From contig CAJUTE010000006.1 of the NCBI GenBank assembly GCA_910589555.1, forward strand, positions 32,406-96,405: a DNA stretch of 64,000 nucleotides, in the 5' to 3' direction. A program made the position numbers and the translations under genes. This document shows, piece after piece, positions 36,391 to 46,172 of the stretch. The stretch is from an uncultured Muribaculum sp. (GTDB lineage: Bacteria > Bacteroidota > Bacteroidia > Bacteroidales > Muribaculaceae). Each line of letters starts with the position of its first letter. Position 1 is the first letter of the stretch. A model generated the notes under the pieces. That model was given only the letters and a program-made list of their open reading frames with translations, was not told the origin of the DNA and did no database searches.

Positions 36391-36440
36391 CATCTCTGCC
36401 TCTCTCCTAAAGCTAAACAACTTTTCATACAGCTAAACCG

Positions 36441-36475
36441 AAAGCCGGTATCCGCGAGGAATGCCGGCTTTTTAA
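36441..36475 (+). terminator. Intrinsic terminator
   Basis: Stem aagccgg/ccggctt followed by ttt. Confidence 0.6.
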
Positions 36476-36570
36476 GTGTGTTACGTGCGATTCATACTCC
36501 CAAATTGACCGTCCATCATAATTTTGTTGCCGACGAAGGCGTTCCAGCCTAATTTTGCAGCAAAAAAACG

Positions 36571-37470
36571 ATGAAGCAATTTATTTTCACATTCCTTTTG
36601 TTTCAGTCATTATTGACATCGGCTCAAGGGTATGTCAGTTATGACCATTTTTCCACAAGCACTCTGCGCGACGATACCGGAAACCGATTCGGCTCAGGCG
36701 ATATGCGAACGATTTCTGCCGGATACAACATTCCGCTGTCAATGAAGATGAACGAGCACAACCAGCCTACCCTATGGTCTGCCGGCATCTCAGGCACCTA
36801 TGCCATAATGTCAAATTCCGGTGAGGCTAAAGAGCTGAATCCATGTAAAATCATCAACTCAGGCATCAGCCTCACCCATCTGCGTCCTATTTCAAAAAAA
36901 TGGAGCATACTCGCTTCGGTGGGATGTGGAATTTATGCTCCGGTCGATGAAATTTCGTTTAGAAGCATTCTTGGCAGTGGCGGAATCATATTCATTTGCC
37001 GGTTGAACGACCATTTGAGCCTTGGCGTTGGAGGCGGAATCACGAATTCCTACGGTGCTCCTATGGCAATGCCGATGCTGTATCTTAACTGGCAGCATTA
37101 TGGCAAATTCTCCTTTGAAATCAATATGGCTAACAGCATCAAGGTATCGGCATCCACATGGCTATGGAAAAAGCTCAAATTAGAATTCACCCCACTTGAA
37201 GTCGACGGGCTGGCGGCAATCACTGTCGATTCCGACAATAAAGAGTGGATATACTCAATGACAATGCTACAGTCCTATTTTTCGCCATCCTACCATTTCA
37301 ATGACAAATTCAGCATATTCACTTCCATAGGTGGAAATTGGATAAGAGGAATCTCGAAATCAGAGCGTAGTCTGAAAGGATTTTTCAGCAGTTTTAATGA
37401 CAATGATGAGGAAAAGCCTTATTTCCAGGCAGCACTAAGGTTGTCGGCAGGAATCAGATTCAAATTCTGA
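36571..37470 (+). CDS. Putative outer-membrane beta-barrel protein
   Basis: Signal peptide (..LLTSAQG), alternating strand pattern, terminal ..GIRFKF. Confidence 0.5.
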   Translation: MKQFIFTFLLFQSLLTSAQGYVSYDHFSTSTLRDDTGNRFGSGDMRTISAGYNIPLSMKMNEHNQPTLWSAGISGTYAIMSNSGEAKELNPCKIINSGISLTHLRPISKKWSILASVGCGIYAPVDEISFRSILGSGGIIFICRLNDHLSLGVGGGITNSYGAPMAMPMLYLNWQHYGKFSFEINMANSIKVSASTWLWKKLKLEFTPLEVDGLAAITVDSDNKEWIYSMTMLQSYFSPSYHFNDKFSIFTSIGGNWIRGISKSERSLKGFFSSFNDNDEEKPYFQAALRLSAGIRFKF

Positions 37471-37513
37471 AAAATGACTAACTTTGAGTTTTAATTCATT
37501 CATCATAATACGG

Positions 37514-38275
37514 ATGGTAAGATACCTTATAATAGAAGATGAGTCTCTCGCATACGAGGAGCTTAAGCGAATGATGGATTTATTGCGGCATGACTATCAA
37601 ATGGCAGGCTGGGCGCAAAGCATCACACAAAGCGTGGCATTGTTAAAGTCGCAGCAATTTGACTTAATTCTCGCCGATATTTCTCTTGGCGATGGTCTTT
37701 GTTTCGAAATATTCGAGCAGATAGCGGTTGATATACCTGTAATATTCACAACAGCCTATGATGAATATGCCATTAAAGCGTTCAAGGCAAATGGCATCGA
37801 CTATCTATTGAAACCGATAGAAAAGGAAGAACTCGAATCAGCGATTGGACGGTTTGAAAAAAGATTGATCGTTCCGGGCGACCATGCCAAGATGGCAAAA
37901 ACAGCAAATGCTTATAGCGACAACTTGCCCAAGTCACGATTTCTTGTACAATCGGGCGATACCTATATGCACATCAACACCAATGATGTGGCGGCATTCT
38001 ACAGCGAAGATAAATACACTTACCTGCATCTCTTTTCGGGCAGGCGTTACATAGTGGACTATGCCTTGGACAAACTGGAACAGCTTCTTGACGGCAAATG
38101 CTTTTTCCGCATATCGCGTGCCGGAATTGTGAATATAAGGGCGATAACACGCTGCACAAAACACTTCGGAGGACGGCTGAAACTCCACTATGATCCTGAA
38201 CTCCCGATGGAAATGCACGTAAGCCGCAGCAGGTCAAAAGATTTTCTCAATTGGATTGACGGAAAATACAATTAA
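37514..38275 (+). CDS. LytTR-family response regulator
   Basis: Receiver domain (LIIEDE.., DLILADISLGDG) plus a LytTR DNA-binding C-terminus. Start moved to the ATG at 37514. Confidence 0.85.
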   Translation: MVRYLIIEDESLAYEELKRMMDLLRHDYQMAGWAQSITQSVALLKSQQFDLILADISLGDGLCFEIFEQIAVDIPVIFTTAYDEYAIKAFKANGIDYLLKPIEKEELESAIGRFEKRLIVPGDHAKMAKTANAYSDNLPKSRFLVQSGDTYMHINTNDVAAFYSEDKYTYLHLFSGRRYIVDYALDKLEQLLDGKCFFRISRAGIVNIRAITRCTKHFGGRLKLHYDPELPMEMHVSRSRSKDFLNWIDGKYN

Positions 38276-38280
38276 ACATC

Positions 38281-39300
38281 ATGAAACAGCAGAAATACAT
38301 AATCTTATTCATCCTTGTAACATCCGTCTCCTTCATCCCATTTATAGGATTTACGGGGATATACAGTATAATAGGCTGGAATCATGATGATATTGCCCTC
38401 CATTTGCTGATAAATCTGCCGGTATGCGCGATAATCGGTTGCTCCGACTATTTTCTCATCAATTGGCTGGCAAAAGTATGCATTCAAAACAAACCGATGC
38501 GGCTTGTGATGGACCTGACCGTGACAACCATTACCTGTGTGGCAATTATTTGCATTCTGAATTTTATATTATCTGATTTCAGCTTCAGCACGACCGAGCT
38601 TATGAAATCGGCTTTGCCGGCAATCCCATGGAACTGGGTTGTGAGCCTGCTCATCGAATTATTTTTCTACAACAACCGCCAGCAGGAAATCGAGCGCGAA
38701 AAGGCTAATTATCAATATATCGCTCTCAGGAATCAAATCAACCCCCACTTCTTGTTCAACAGCCTTAACACACTCGCCTCCCTCGCCTATATAGACGGGG
38801 AGAAAGCCAATCTGTTCACCAAACGCCTGTCATCGGTCTACCGCTATCTTCTGTCCAACAATGGAAACCGCACAGTGGAGATAGACCATGAACTCGAATT
38901 CGTCAACAAATACCTCTACCTTGAGCAAGTGCGTTTTGAAAATGCCATCGATGTGGAGATACAGGATCGGCGGCAGTCAAAGCTCGGCAGAGTAGTTCCG
39001 GCAAGCATACAGATGCTTGTGGAGAATGCCATCAAGCACAATTCATGTTCAAAGGAATCGCCATTGTCAATACGCATCATCGTCGACAACGACAATGTCA
39101 CAGTCATCAACAACCTACAACCACGTAAAAACATCGCTCCATCGGGAGTCGGACTTGAAAACATAAGACGTCAGTACGAGCTCCTTGACAAAAGAATCAC
39201 AGTAATCAAAACCGACAAGGAATTTATTGTGACCCTGCCCACAATCCACCACCGACAGAAAGGCACCGGTGTGTCATCTACACCCAAAAAGCCCGCTTAG
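38281..39300 (+). CDS. LytS/YehU-type sensor histidine kinase
   Basis: Four to five TM helices, His_kinase block QINPHFLFNSLN, and N-box LVENAIKHN. Confidence 0.85.
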   Translation: MKQQKYIILFILVTSVSFIPFIGFTGIYSIIGWNHDDIALHLLINLPVCAIIGCSDYFLINWLAKVCIQNKPMRLVMDLTVTTITCVAIICILNFILSDFSFSTTELMKSALPAIPWNWVVSLLIELFFYNNRQQEIEREKANYQYIALRNQINPHFLFNSLNTLASLAYIDGEKANLFTKRLSSVYRYLLSNNGNRTVEIDHELEFVNKYLYLEQVRFENAIDVEIQDRRQSKLGRVVPASIQMLVENAIKHNSCSKESPLSIRIIVDNDNVTVINNLQPRKNIAPSGVGLENIRRQYELLDKRITVIKTDKEFIVTLPTIHHRQKGTGVSSTPKKPA

Positions 39301-39446
39301 ACACACTAAGTGCCGCCAGGCACGGGTCTGTACCTATCCCCGACTGTAGCGAAGCAAAGTCGGGGTAGCACAGCTCTATTCGGCACGAGTCCCGTACGGG
39401 ACGAGACTGTCAACCTCAAAACGACACGTATCCATATCAAAAACAC

Positions 39447-39478
39447 GCACCCCCGCCGGCTGATGCCGACGGGGGTGC
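39447..39478 (-). terminator. Intrinsic terminator after glmM (possibly bidirectional)
   Basis: 9-bp GC stem gcacccccg/cgggggtgc. The A-rich stretch upstream gives a T-run on the minus strand. Confidence 0.7.
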
Positions 39479-39499
39479 ACATTATATAGGTACGGTTGT

Positions 39500-40885
39500 T
39501 TATGCCAATGAGGCTATCACCGCCTTTATCTGTTGGGCGAGAGCATTCGCTTCATCCATCGAAGGAGCCTCGGAATATATGCGGATTATAGGCTCGGTAT
39601 TGGATTTACGCAAGTGAACCCATGAATCGGCAAAGTCAATCTTCACGCCATCAATATCGGTTATTGTTTCAGAAGCATACTTTTCTTTCACGGCTTCCAG
39701 AATCTTGTCAACATCAATATCGGGAGTGAGTTCTATCTTGTTTTTAGCGATAGCATACTGCGGATATCCGGCTTTCAACTCGCTCACCTTTTTGCCGCTC
39801 TTTGCGAGAAGGGTAAGGAACAGTGCCACACCCACAAGGGCATCACGGCCATAATGAGATTCCGGATAGATGACACCTCCATTGCCTTCGCCGCCTATCA
39901 CGGCTCCGGTTTCCTTCATCTTGGTGACTACGTTGACCTCCCCTACTGCTGCTGCCGAGTAATTGCATCCGTGCTTAACGGTCACATCGCGCAGAGCACG
40001 GGAAGAGCTGAGATTGCTTACAGTGGATCCGGGAGTGTTTGCCAATACGAAATCGGCAATTGACACCAAGGTATATTCCTCGACAAACATCTCACCGTTT
40101 TCCATCACGATAGCGAGACGGTCAACGTCAGGATCGACAACGAAGCCGACATCGGCACGTCCGTCACGCATAAGGTCGGAAATCTGTGTGAGATTTTCCG
40201 GAATAGGTTCCGGAGTGTGAGCAAAATGACCCGTTGCCTCGCAATTAAGCTCAATGATATTCTCCACTCCAAGCGCACGGAGCAACTGGGGAATCACAAC
40301 ACCACCCACTGAGTTCACTGCATCGACAGCCACAGTGAAATTTGCCTTGCGGATAGCATCGACATCGACAAGTTTCAGATTCAGAACCGAGTCGATGTGT
40401 TTACGATTGTAAGTATTGTTAGTATATACTGTTCCAAGATTGTCGACCGAAGCAAAAGTGTATGCGTTCTCCTCTGCAATACGAAGCACCTCTTTTCCTT
40501 GCTCGTCATTCAGGAACTCACCATTCTCATTCAATAGCTTCAGGGCGTTCCACTGCTTCGGATTATGGGAAGCGGTGATGATTATACCCCCGCAAGCGCC
40601 TTCCATCACCACAGCTATCTCAGTAGTGGGGGTCGATGCAAGACCTATGTTAACCACGTCAAAACCCATTGCGGTGAGAGTCGACTCCACGAGCCCGCTC
40701 ACCATGGGACCTGACAGACGCGCATCCCTGCCCACTACTATAGTGCGAGAAGTGCGAGTGGTGGAGCGTGATATGAAATCGGCATAGGCAGCCGTAAACT
40801 TCACCACATCGACAGGGCTCAATCCCTCTCCCGGCACGCCACCTATAGTGCCACGTATACCTGAAATTGATTTAATTAAAGACAT
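39500..40885 (-). CDS. glmM: Phosphoglucosamine mutase
   Basis: SISGIRG N-terminus, active-site TASHNP, FVVDPDVDR Mg-loop, 461 aa. Confidence 0.85.
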   Translation of the reverse strand: MSLIKSISGIRGTIGGVPGEGLSPVDVVKFTAAYADFISRSTTRTSRTIVVGRDARLSGPMVSGLVESTLTAMGFDVVNIGLASTPTTEIAVVMEGACGGIIITASHNPKQWNALKLLNENGEFLNDEQGKEVLRIAEENAYTFASVDNLGTVYTNNTYNRKHIDSVLNLKLVDVDAIRKANFTVAVDAVNSVGGVVIPQLLRALGVENIIELNCEATGHFAHTPEPIPENLTQISDLMRDGRADVGFVVDPDVDRLAIVMENGEMFVEEYTLVSIADFVLANTPGSTVSNLSSSRALRDVTVKHGCNYSAAAVGEVNVVTKMKETGAVIGGEGNGGVIYPESHYGRDALVGVALFLTLLAKSGKKVSELKAGYPQYAIAKNKIELTPDIDVDKILEAVKEKYASETITDIDGVKIDFADSWVHLRKSNTEPIIRIYSEAPSMDEANALAQQIKAVIASLA

Positions 40886-40900
40886 AATCTCAATATTTCT

Positions 40901-41578
40901 TTAGATATTACTCTTAAAATAGCGTATGACATAAAGATAAGGAATCACGATGCCGATCTCGTCATTAGGACCTTTGCGGGAACGCACCACAATCTCAACC
41001 TCGCTGCCATATCCGAGATAATCGAGCGGAAGCTGTATTCCCTCACCCCACTGAGTGTAGGACTGAGAGTTTTCGTTGTCATAACGTATTGTTATCGCTG
41101 TAGCCACATCATAGGCATTACCATAGCCCTCAGGGAGGATTCCGTCATAATCCTGAAGATTATAGCGGGTGAGACGCACATAAACCAGATCGTTGAATTC
41201 AGGACGATTCTCCATGTCGCCGGTTTTCACCACGCGCATATATACATCGCCGTCCTCATCCATTCGGTAGAAAGGCGCATCGATCGCCGGATCCTTTATC
41301 ATTTCATCAAGAGCCTCGCTGAACTTCTTGTCATACTGAGGATCGGTCGTGCTGATATTATTGTCGCGGAGCATTTTCTCGGCAAGTTCGTAACGTGTCA
41401 CAAACACCGAATCATCGGGCACAGTCGACACTACACGCTGGTCAGCGAGAAACGCGTTGATACTCTTTGTCTCATCGTTAAGAAGATCGGCATAACTCTT
41501 TGAGTCTTCACACCCCGAAAAGAGAGTGACAGCGGCAAACATCAGCAACGCCGAACCGAGTTTGAATGATATTTTCAT
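40901..41578 (-). CDS. Hypothetical lipoprotein
   Basis: Lipobox LFSGCEDS. Packed between the DHH phosphoesterase gene and glmM. Confidence 0.6.
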   Translation of the reverse strand: MKISFKLGSALLMFAAVTLFSGCEDSKSYADLLNDETKSINAFLADQRVVSTVPDDSVFVTRYELAEKMLRDNNISTTDPQYDKKFSEALDEMIKDPAIDAPFYRMDEDGDVYMRVVKTGDMENRPEFNDLVYVRLTRYNLQDYDGILPEGYGNAYDVATAITIRYDNENSQSYTQWGEGIQLPLDYLGYGSEVEIVVRSRKGPNDEIGIVIPYLYVIRYFKSNI

Positions 41579-41607
41579 TTTAATTTTTTTGTATTATCGT
41601 GATTACT

Positions 41608-42648
41608 TTACTTTTGTTTCAATTTATCAAGGAGTTGCCGTTCAACCTCGGGGAGAGTCAACATAAATATGTCGACAGCCTCCTCCAGCGAACAGTTCAA
41701 TTCGCCGCCTGAAGCATTTATATGCCCTCCGCCGTTGAAAAACTTCTCGCAGATGTCGTTCACCCTCAAGTCGCCCTTGCTTCGGGAGGAGATTTTTATC
41801 TCTCTCTCATCCTCACGTATAAACACCGAGTAAATAATGCCCGGTATTGAAAGGGGCACGTTCACCAGCCCCTCGGTATCGCCCTTGCGGTAATTGAATT
41901 TTTTGAGTTCTTCAGCCGAAAGGGTGATCAACGCCGCTTTCTGCTCCTCAAAAACTCTCATGTTGGCTATGGCATAAGAATGAAGCTTAAGCACGTTCAA
42001 GCTCTTAGTGTCCATCACTTTTTTGTAAATCTCATCCTTATTGATGCCTTTGCGTATCAATTCGGCGATAATCACATATAGGTCAGGATCGTTAGAGTTA
42101 TATGAGAAGTTGCCGGTGTCGGTCATCATGCCGGTATATATACACGTGGCAGCCTTACGCCCTATCATGCCAAACAATTCAAGGCGGCACAGCAGCCTGA
42201 ACAGCAAGGCACAGGTCGACGACTGACGCGGATAAGAGATGATGATGTCGGCAAAATCCTCAGGATTTTCATGATGGTCAACAAGCACTTTCTTTGCCGT
42301 GGCAGAGGCAAGAGCATCGCTCATGCGATCCACGCGATACAGTGCGTTGAAGTCAAGGCAAAAAATAACCTCGGCTTCACGAAGCAATTTGCTTGCAAAG
42401 TCAGTATACTTGGAGTAAGGGACAATCTCTTTAGCACCCGGAAGACAGCGCAATGAGTCAGGAATGCGGTCAGGAGTGACCACATGAACATCTTTGCCTA
42501 TCTTTGAAAGGGTGTGCATAAGTCCGAGTGAAGAACCCACTGCATCGCCGTCGGGCGACATGTGGCAAGTGATAACGATGCGGTCATTCTCCTCAAGGAG
42601 CTTTCTCACCGCTTTTACCTTCGATTCCTCGATTAACGGTTGGAGCAT
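41608..42648 (-). CDS. nrnA: DHH/DHHA1 phosphoesterase (NrnA-like oligoribonuclease / pAp phosphatase)
   Basis: Motifs DGDAVGS, VDHHEN and GGGHINASG. Confidence 0.8.
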   Translation of the reverse strand: MLQPLIEESKVKAVRKLLEENDRIVITCHMSPDGDAVGSSLGLMHTLSKIGKDVHVVTPDRIPDSLRCLPGAKEIVPYSKYTDFASKLLREAEVIFCLDFNALYRVDRMSDALASATAKKVLVDHHENPEDFADIIISYPRQSSTCALLFRLLCRLELFGMIGRKAATCIYTGMMTDTGNFSYNSNDPDLYVIIAELIRKGINKDEIYKKVMDTKSLNVLKLHSYAIANMRVFEEQKAALITLSAEELKKFNYRKGDTEGLVNVPLSIPGIIYSVFIREDEREIKISSRSKGDLRVNDICEKFFNGGGHINASGGELNCSLEEAVDIFMLTLPEVERQLLDKLKQK

Positions 42649-42890
42649 AAGTGGATATTAAAAATCAATTCACAAAGATAGGGAAATGTCATGTAATTTT
42701 CAAATCACCGATGGCATAACCCGAATTTATTCCACTTATTTAACGAATTTACTACTCGTGCACCCTCTGCCGCTTCTAAAGGAAACACTCCGCTACACAC
42801 ATTATTGCAGAAGCTCCACTAATCACGAGAATGCTCAAGGGCGCTCCGTCACTATGCACAGCTCTTATTAACGCATTTCGCCGGGGGATG

Positions 42891-43154
42891 TCATTTTGTC
42901 TTTTTCTTCGCAGGTGCCGGTGCTTTAGCCGGTTTCATCCTTATGATAATCATGCTGTCGCCAAGCACGTCGATGGTTTGGATCGAATCATGCGGCAACT
43001 TTCCAATTTCCGACACAAGGATATTTTGTTGTTTGCCGCCATTTATCACAACGACTTTTGGATCTTTTTTCTCCTTTTTGACTGCTTCTGCCGCTCCTGC
43101 ATGGATCTGCGCTCCCATCATCAGGCAAAATACGGCGATTAATAAATGTTTCAT
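42891..43154 (-). CDS. Small secreted protein with a Lys/Ala/Pro tail
   Basis: Signal peptide and tail KPAKAPAPAKKKTK. Confidence 0.45.
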   Translation of the reverse strand: MKHLLIAVFCLMMGAQIHAGAAEAVKKEKKDPKVVVINGGKQQNILVSEIGKLPHDSIQTIDVLGDSMIIIRMKPAKAPAPAKKKTK

Positions 43155-43288
43155 ACTGTATTATTTTATTTGGTTAATGGATAGCGAACTAAAACTCTTT
43201 CAGGAAGCTCGTGGATTACGTATATAAATCCGGTTTTATTTGCAAATATAATCTATTTCCCGGAAATATCTGTTCCCGAAGCCACAAA

Positions 43289-43333
43289 ACAACAGTCAGC
43301 CACTTAGCTGATTGCCAAATGGCTGACTGTTGT
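43289..43333 (-). terminator. Terminator hairpin after the YeaQ-like gene
   Basis: Perfect 13-bp stem acaacagtcagcc/ggctgactgttgt. Confidence 0.65.
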
Positions 43334-43351
43334 CAATTCCTACATCAATTG

Positions 43352-43603
43352 CTAATGCCCGGAAGAACGGCTCAAAAGCCCAACTATCCACAGGAGCACC
43401 ACAGCACCTACCACCGATGTGATCAGGCTGCCGATAATGCCACCTGCCGATATGCCGAGCAGGCTGAAAAGCCATCCGCCCAGCACGCCGCCAATGACAC
43501 CTACGATCAGATTGACGATAATTCCGAAACCACCTCCACGCATAAGTTTGCCGGCAACAAATCCGGCAACGATTCCAATAATAATAAACCAAATAAAGCT
43601 CAT
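43352..43603 (-). CDS. GlsB/YeaQ/YmgE family stress-response membrane protein
   Basis: 83 aa, Gly-rich TM helices (IIIGIVAGFVAGKLMRGGGFG..). Confidence 0.8.
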   Translation of the reverse strand: MSFIWFIIIGIVAGFVAGKLMRGGGFGIIVNLIVGVIGGVLGGWLFSLLGISAGGIIGSLITSVVGAVVLLWIVGLLSRSSGH

Positions 43604-43755
43604 AATATGTATATAACTTAAAAGTTAAACTTATTTCATAAAAACGTGCCACCCACACTCTTGGTTCATTAAGAGGGTGTTTAAGAGCATCACGTCTATG
43701 GCACCGAAAGAAATAAATGCTATCTTTGCACCGATAACCCGCTACCAAACTTTCT

Positions 43756-44298
43756 ATGGAAGTTAAAATCGACATATACACCGAAGCATTGGACCGCGAC
43801 AGCCGCCACAACGCACGCATGGCTGAAAAGCGGGCTACCAGCCAACTGATAAGCAGAGTGTTTGGCGAAACCGCATCAATTGAGCATGATTCCGAAGGCA
43901 GACCATCAGTGGCGGGGGTGGATTTCACGGGGATGATCTCCATCACCCACAGCTGCGCCTCATGCCTGCTTGCGGTGACTCACCGCTCCGACATCTCCAT
44001 AGGGATCGATGCTGAGACATGGAGAGAACAGTTGACGCGCGTGGCATCTAAATTTCTCACCGATGAAGAGCGCACTCACTATCTCACCCCCGCATTGCTC
44101 CTGCTTGCATGGACCACCAAGGAAGCCGTATACAAGGCGGCACGCATCCCGGGACTTGCGCTGAAAGAGATTCAACTGCCGGTGCCCGTGGTAGAATCGG
44201 CATCATTCACCGCGACCGCGCGAGGCAAAAAATATACCGTAATGTCCCACTCCCTGTCACCGACCGAAGCTATTACCACCGCCTACACGCATTTATAA
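43756..44298 (+). CDS. 4'-phosphopantetheinyl transferase (Sfp-type, short)
   Basis: GIDAE and WTTKEAVYKA motifs. A TATCTTTG -7 box lies at 43721-43728. Confidence 0.7.
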   Translation: MEVKIDIYTEALDRDSRHNARMAEKRATSQLISRVFGETASIEHDSEGRPSVAGVDFTGMISITHSCASCLLAVTHRSDISIGIDAETWREQLTRVASKFLTDEERTHYLTPALLLLAWTTKEAVYKAARIPGLALKEIQLPVPVVESASFTATARGKKYTVMSHSLSPTEAITTAYTHL

Positions 44299-44432
44299 GT
44301 TGACAATATTTATAATTTTATCCATTTTATCTGTTTCCAACCGCTATTTTATCAAAAATGAGTTGACAGTTTGATATTTTTTTACGAAATTTGCCAATAA
44401 ACCAGAAACATTTAAATTCAATTTTAATAATA

Positions 44433-46085
44433 ATGAAAAAGAGTGCACTACAGAAAGCCCGTGCAGCTTATAAGCCCAAATTGCCCATCGTGCTGACTGG
44501 AGCAGTAAAAGCTGTAGAAGGCAAAGCGACTCAATCCGTTGCCGATCAAGAAGAGATTCAAAAGTTATTCCCCAACACCTACGGTCTTCCCGAAATCCGT
44601 TTTGAGAAAGACGGAAACTCTATCAAGGGTGAGGCAGTGAATGTTGGCGTTATCCTGTCGGGCGGACAAGCTCCCGGCGGACACAATGTCATCAGCGGAA
44701 TTTTCGACGGTATAAAGAAAATCAACAAGGAGAGCCGTCTATATGGATTCCTCATGGGCCCCGGCGGTTTTGTTGACCACCAATATATGGAGCTCACCTC
44801 TGAAATAATTGATGAATACCGCAACACCGGCGGTTTTGACATCATCGGTTCCGGCCGCACCAAACTTGAGACAAAAGCTCAGTTTGACAAGGGTCTTGAA
44901 ATTCTGAAAGAACTCAACATCAAGGCACTTGTGATCATCGGTGGCGACGACTCCAACACCAACGCAGCCATCCTTGCCGAATACTATAAGCAGATCAACG
45001 CAGGTGTGCAGGTGATCGGTTGCCCCAAGACTATCGACGGCGACCTCAAGAATGAGGTGATCGAGACATCTTTCGGCTTTGACACTGCGACCAAAGTTTA
45101 CAGCGAGGTAATCGGAAACATCCAGCGCGACTGTAACTCAGCTAAAAAATACTGGCACTTTATCAAACTTATGGGCCGCTCGGCAAGCCACATTGCGCTT
45201 GAATGCGCCCTGCAGTGCCAGCCCAACATCTGCATAATCTCAGAAGAAGTTGAAGCCAAGAAGCAGACTCTCGACGACATCGTCAACTCTATCGCCGATG
45301 TTGTAGCACGCAGAGCAGCTAACGGCAACAATTTCGGAACCGTGCTCATTCCCGAAGGACTCATCGAGTTCATTCCTGCAATGAAGGCACTCATCGCCGA
45401 GCTCAACGAACTTCTCGCTGTAAACGCCGAAGAATTCTCTCACGTGGACAAGGCTAACCAACTCTCTTGGATCGCCGACCGCCTGACTCCGGAAAACACA
45501 GCAATCTTCACCAGCCTTCCCGAAGGCGTGGCACGTCAGCTCTGCCTTGACCGTGACCCCCACGGTAACGTACAGGTGTCGCTCATCGAAACCGAGAAAC
45601 TGCTCGGCGAAATGGTGGCGCGTCGCCTGAATGCTCTTAAAGCTGAAGGTAAATATGTGGGCAAGTTCGCTTCACTCTACCACTTCTTCGGATATGAAGG
45701 ACGTTGCGCCGATCCGTCAAACTTTGATGCTGACTACTGCTACGCGCTCGGCTTCAACGCCGCTTGCCTTGTGAAATCAGGCGTGACAGGCTATATGTCA
45801 AGCGTGCGCGGACTCACCAAGCCATCAGTACAATGGATGGCAGGCGGTATTCCAATCACCATGATGATGAACATGGAACGCCGTCACGGAGCAATGAAAC
45901 CCGTGATCCAAAAAGCTCTCGTATCGCTCGATGGACGCCCATTCAAGAAATTCGCTTCTCAGCGCGACAATTGGGCTATCAACACCGAATTCGTATATCC
46001 CGGACCGATCCAATATTTCGGACCGGCAGAAGTATGCGACCAGCCGTCGCTCACTCTGCAATACGAACACGAAGCATTGAAATAA
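44433..46085 (+). CDS. pfp: Diphosphate--fructose-6-phosphate 1-phosphotransferase (PPi-PFK)
   Basis: GGDDSNTNA and PKTIDGD signatures (Asp/Lys variants associated with PPi use). About 550 aa. Start moved to the ATG at 44433. Confidence 0.88.
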   Translation: MKKSALQKARAAYKPKLPIVLTGAVKAVEGKATQSVADQEEIQKLFPNTYGLPEIRFEKDGNSIKGEAVNVGVILSGGQAPGGHNVISGIFDGIKKINKESRLYGFLMGPGGFVDHQYMELTSEIIDEYRNTGGFDIIGSGRTKLETKAQFDKGLEILKELNIKALVIIGGDDSNTNAAILAEYYKQINAGVQVIGCPKTIDGDLKNEVIETSFGFDTATKVYSEVIGNIQRDCNSAKKYWHFIKLMGRSASHIALECALQCQPNICIISEEVEAKKQTLDDIVNSIADVVARRAANGNNFGTVLIPEGLIEFIPAMKALIAELNELLAVNAEEFSHVDKANQLSWIADRLTPENTAIFTSLPEGVARQLCLDRDPHGNVQVSLIETEKLLGEMVARRLNALKAEGKYVGKFASLYHFFGYEGRCADPSNFDADYCYALGFNAACLVKSGVTGYMSSVRGLTKPSVQWMAGGIPITMMMNMERRHGAMKPVIQKALVSLDGRPFKKFASQRDNWAINTEFVYPGPIQYFGPAEVCDQPSLTLQYEHEALK

Positions 46086-46172
46086 GAAAACCCGAATCTC
46101 AGCTTGCATAGGGTCACCTCGGGGGAGCAATGTCGCTCTTTGGGCGACCCTATTATTTTACCCGCTTGAATC

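Noticed and set aside
43296-43946. 216-aa minus-strand ORF spanning the YeaQ-like gene and the PPTase start
   Set aside because: It overlaps two better-supported genes (a GlsB/YeaQ membrane protein in another frame and the PPTase on the opposite strand). Its sequence is Arg/Trp-rich and looks like noise.
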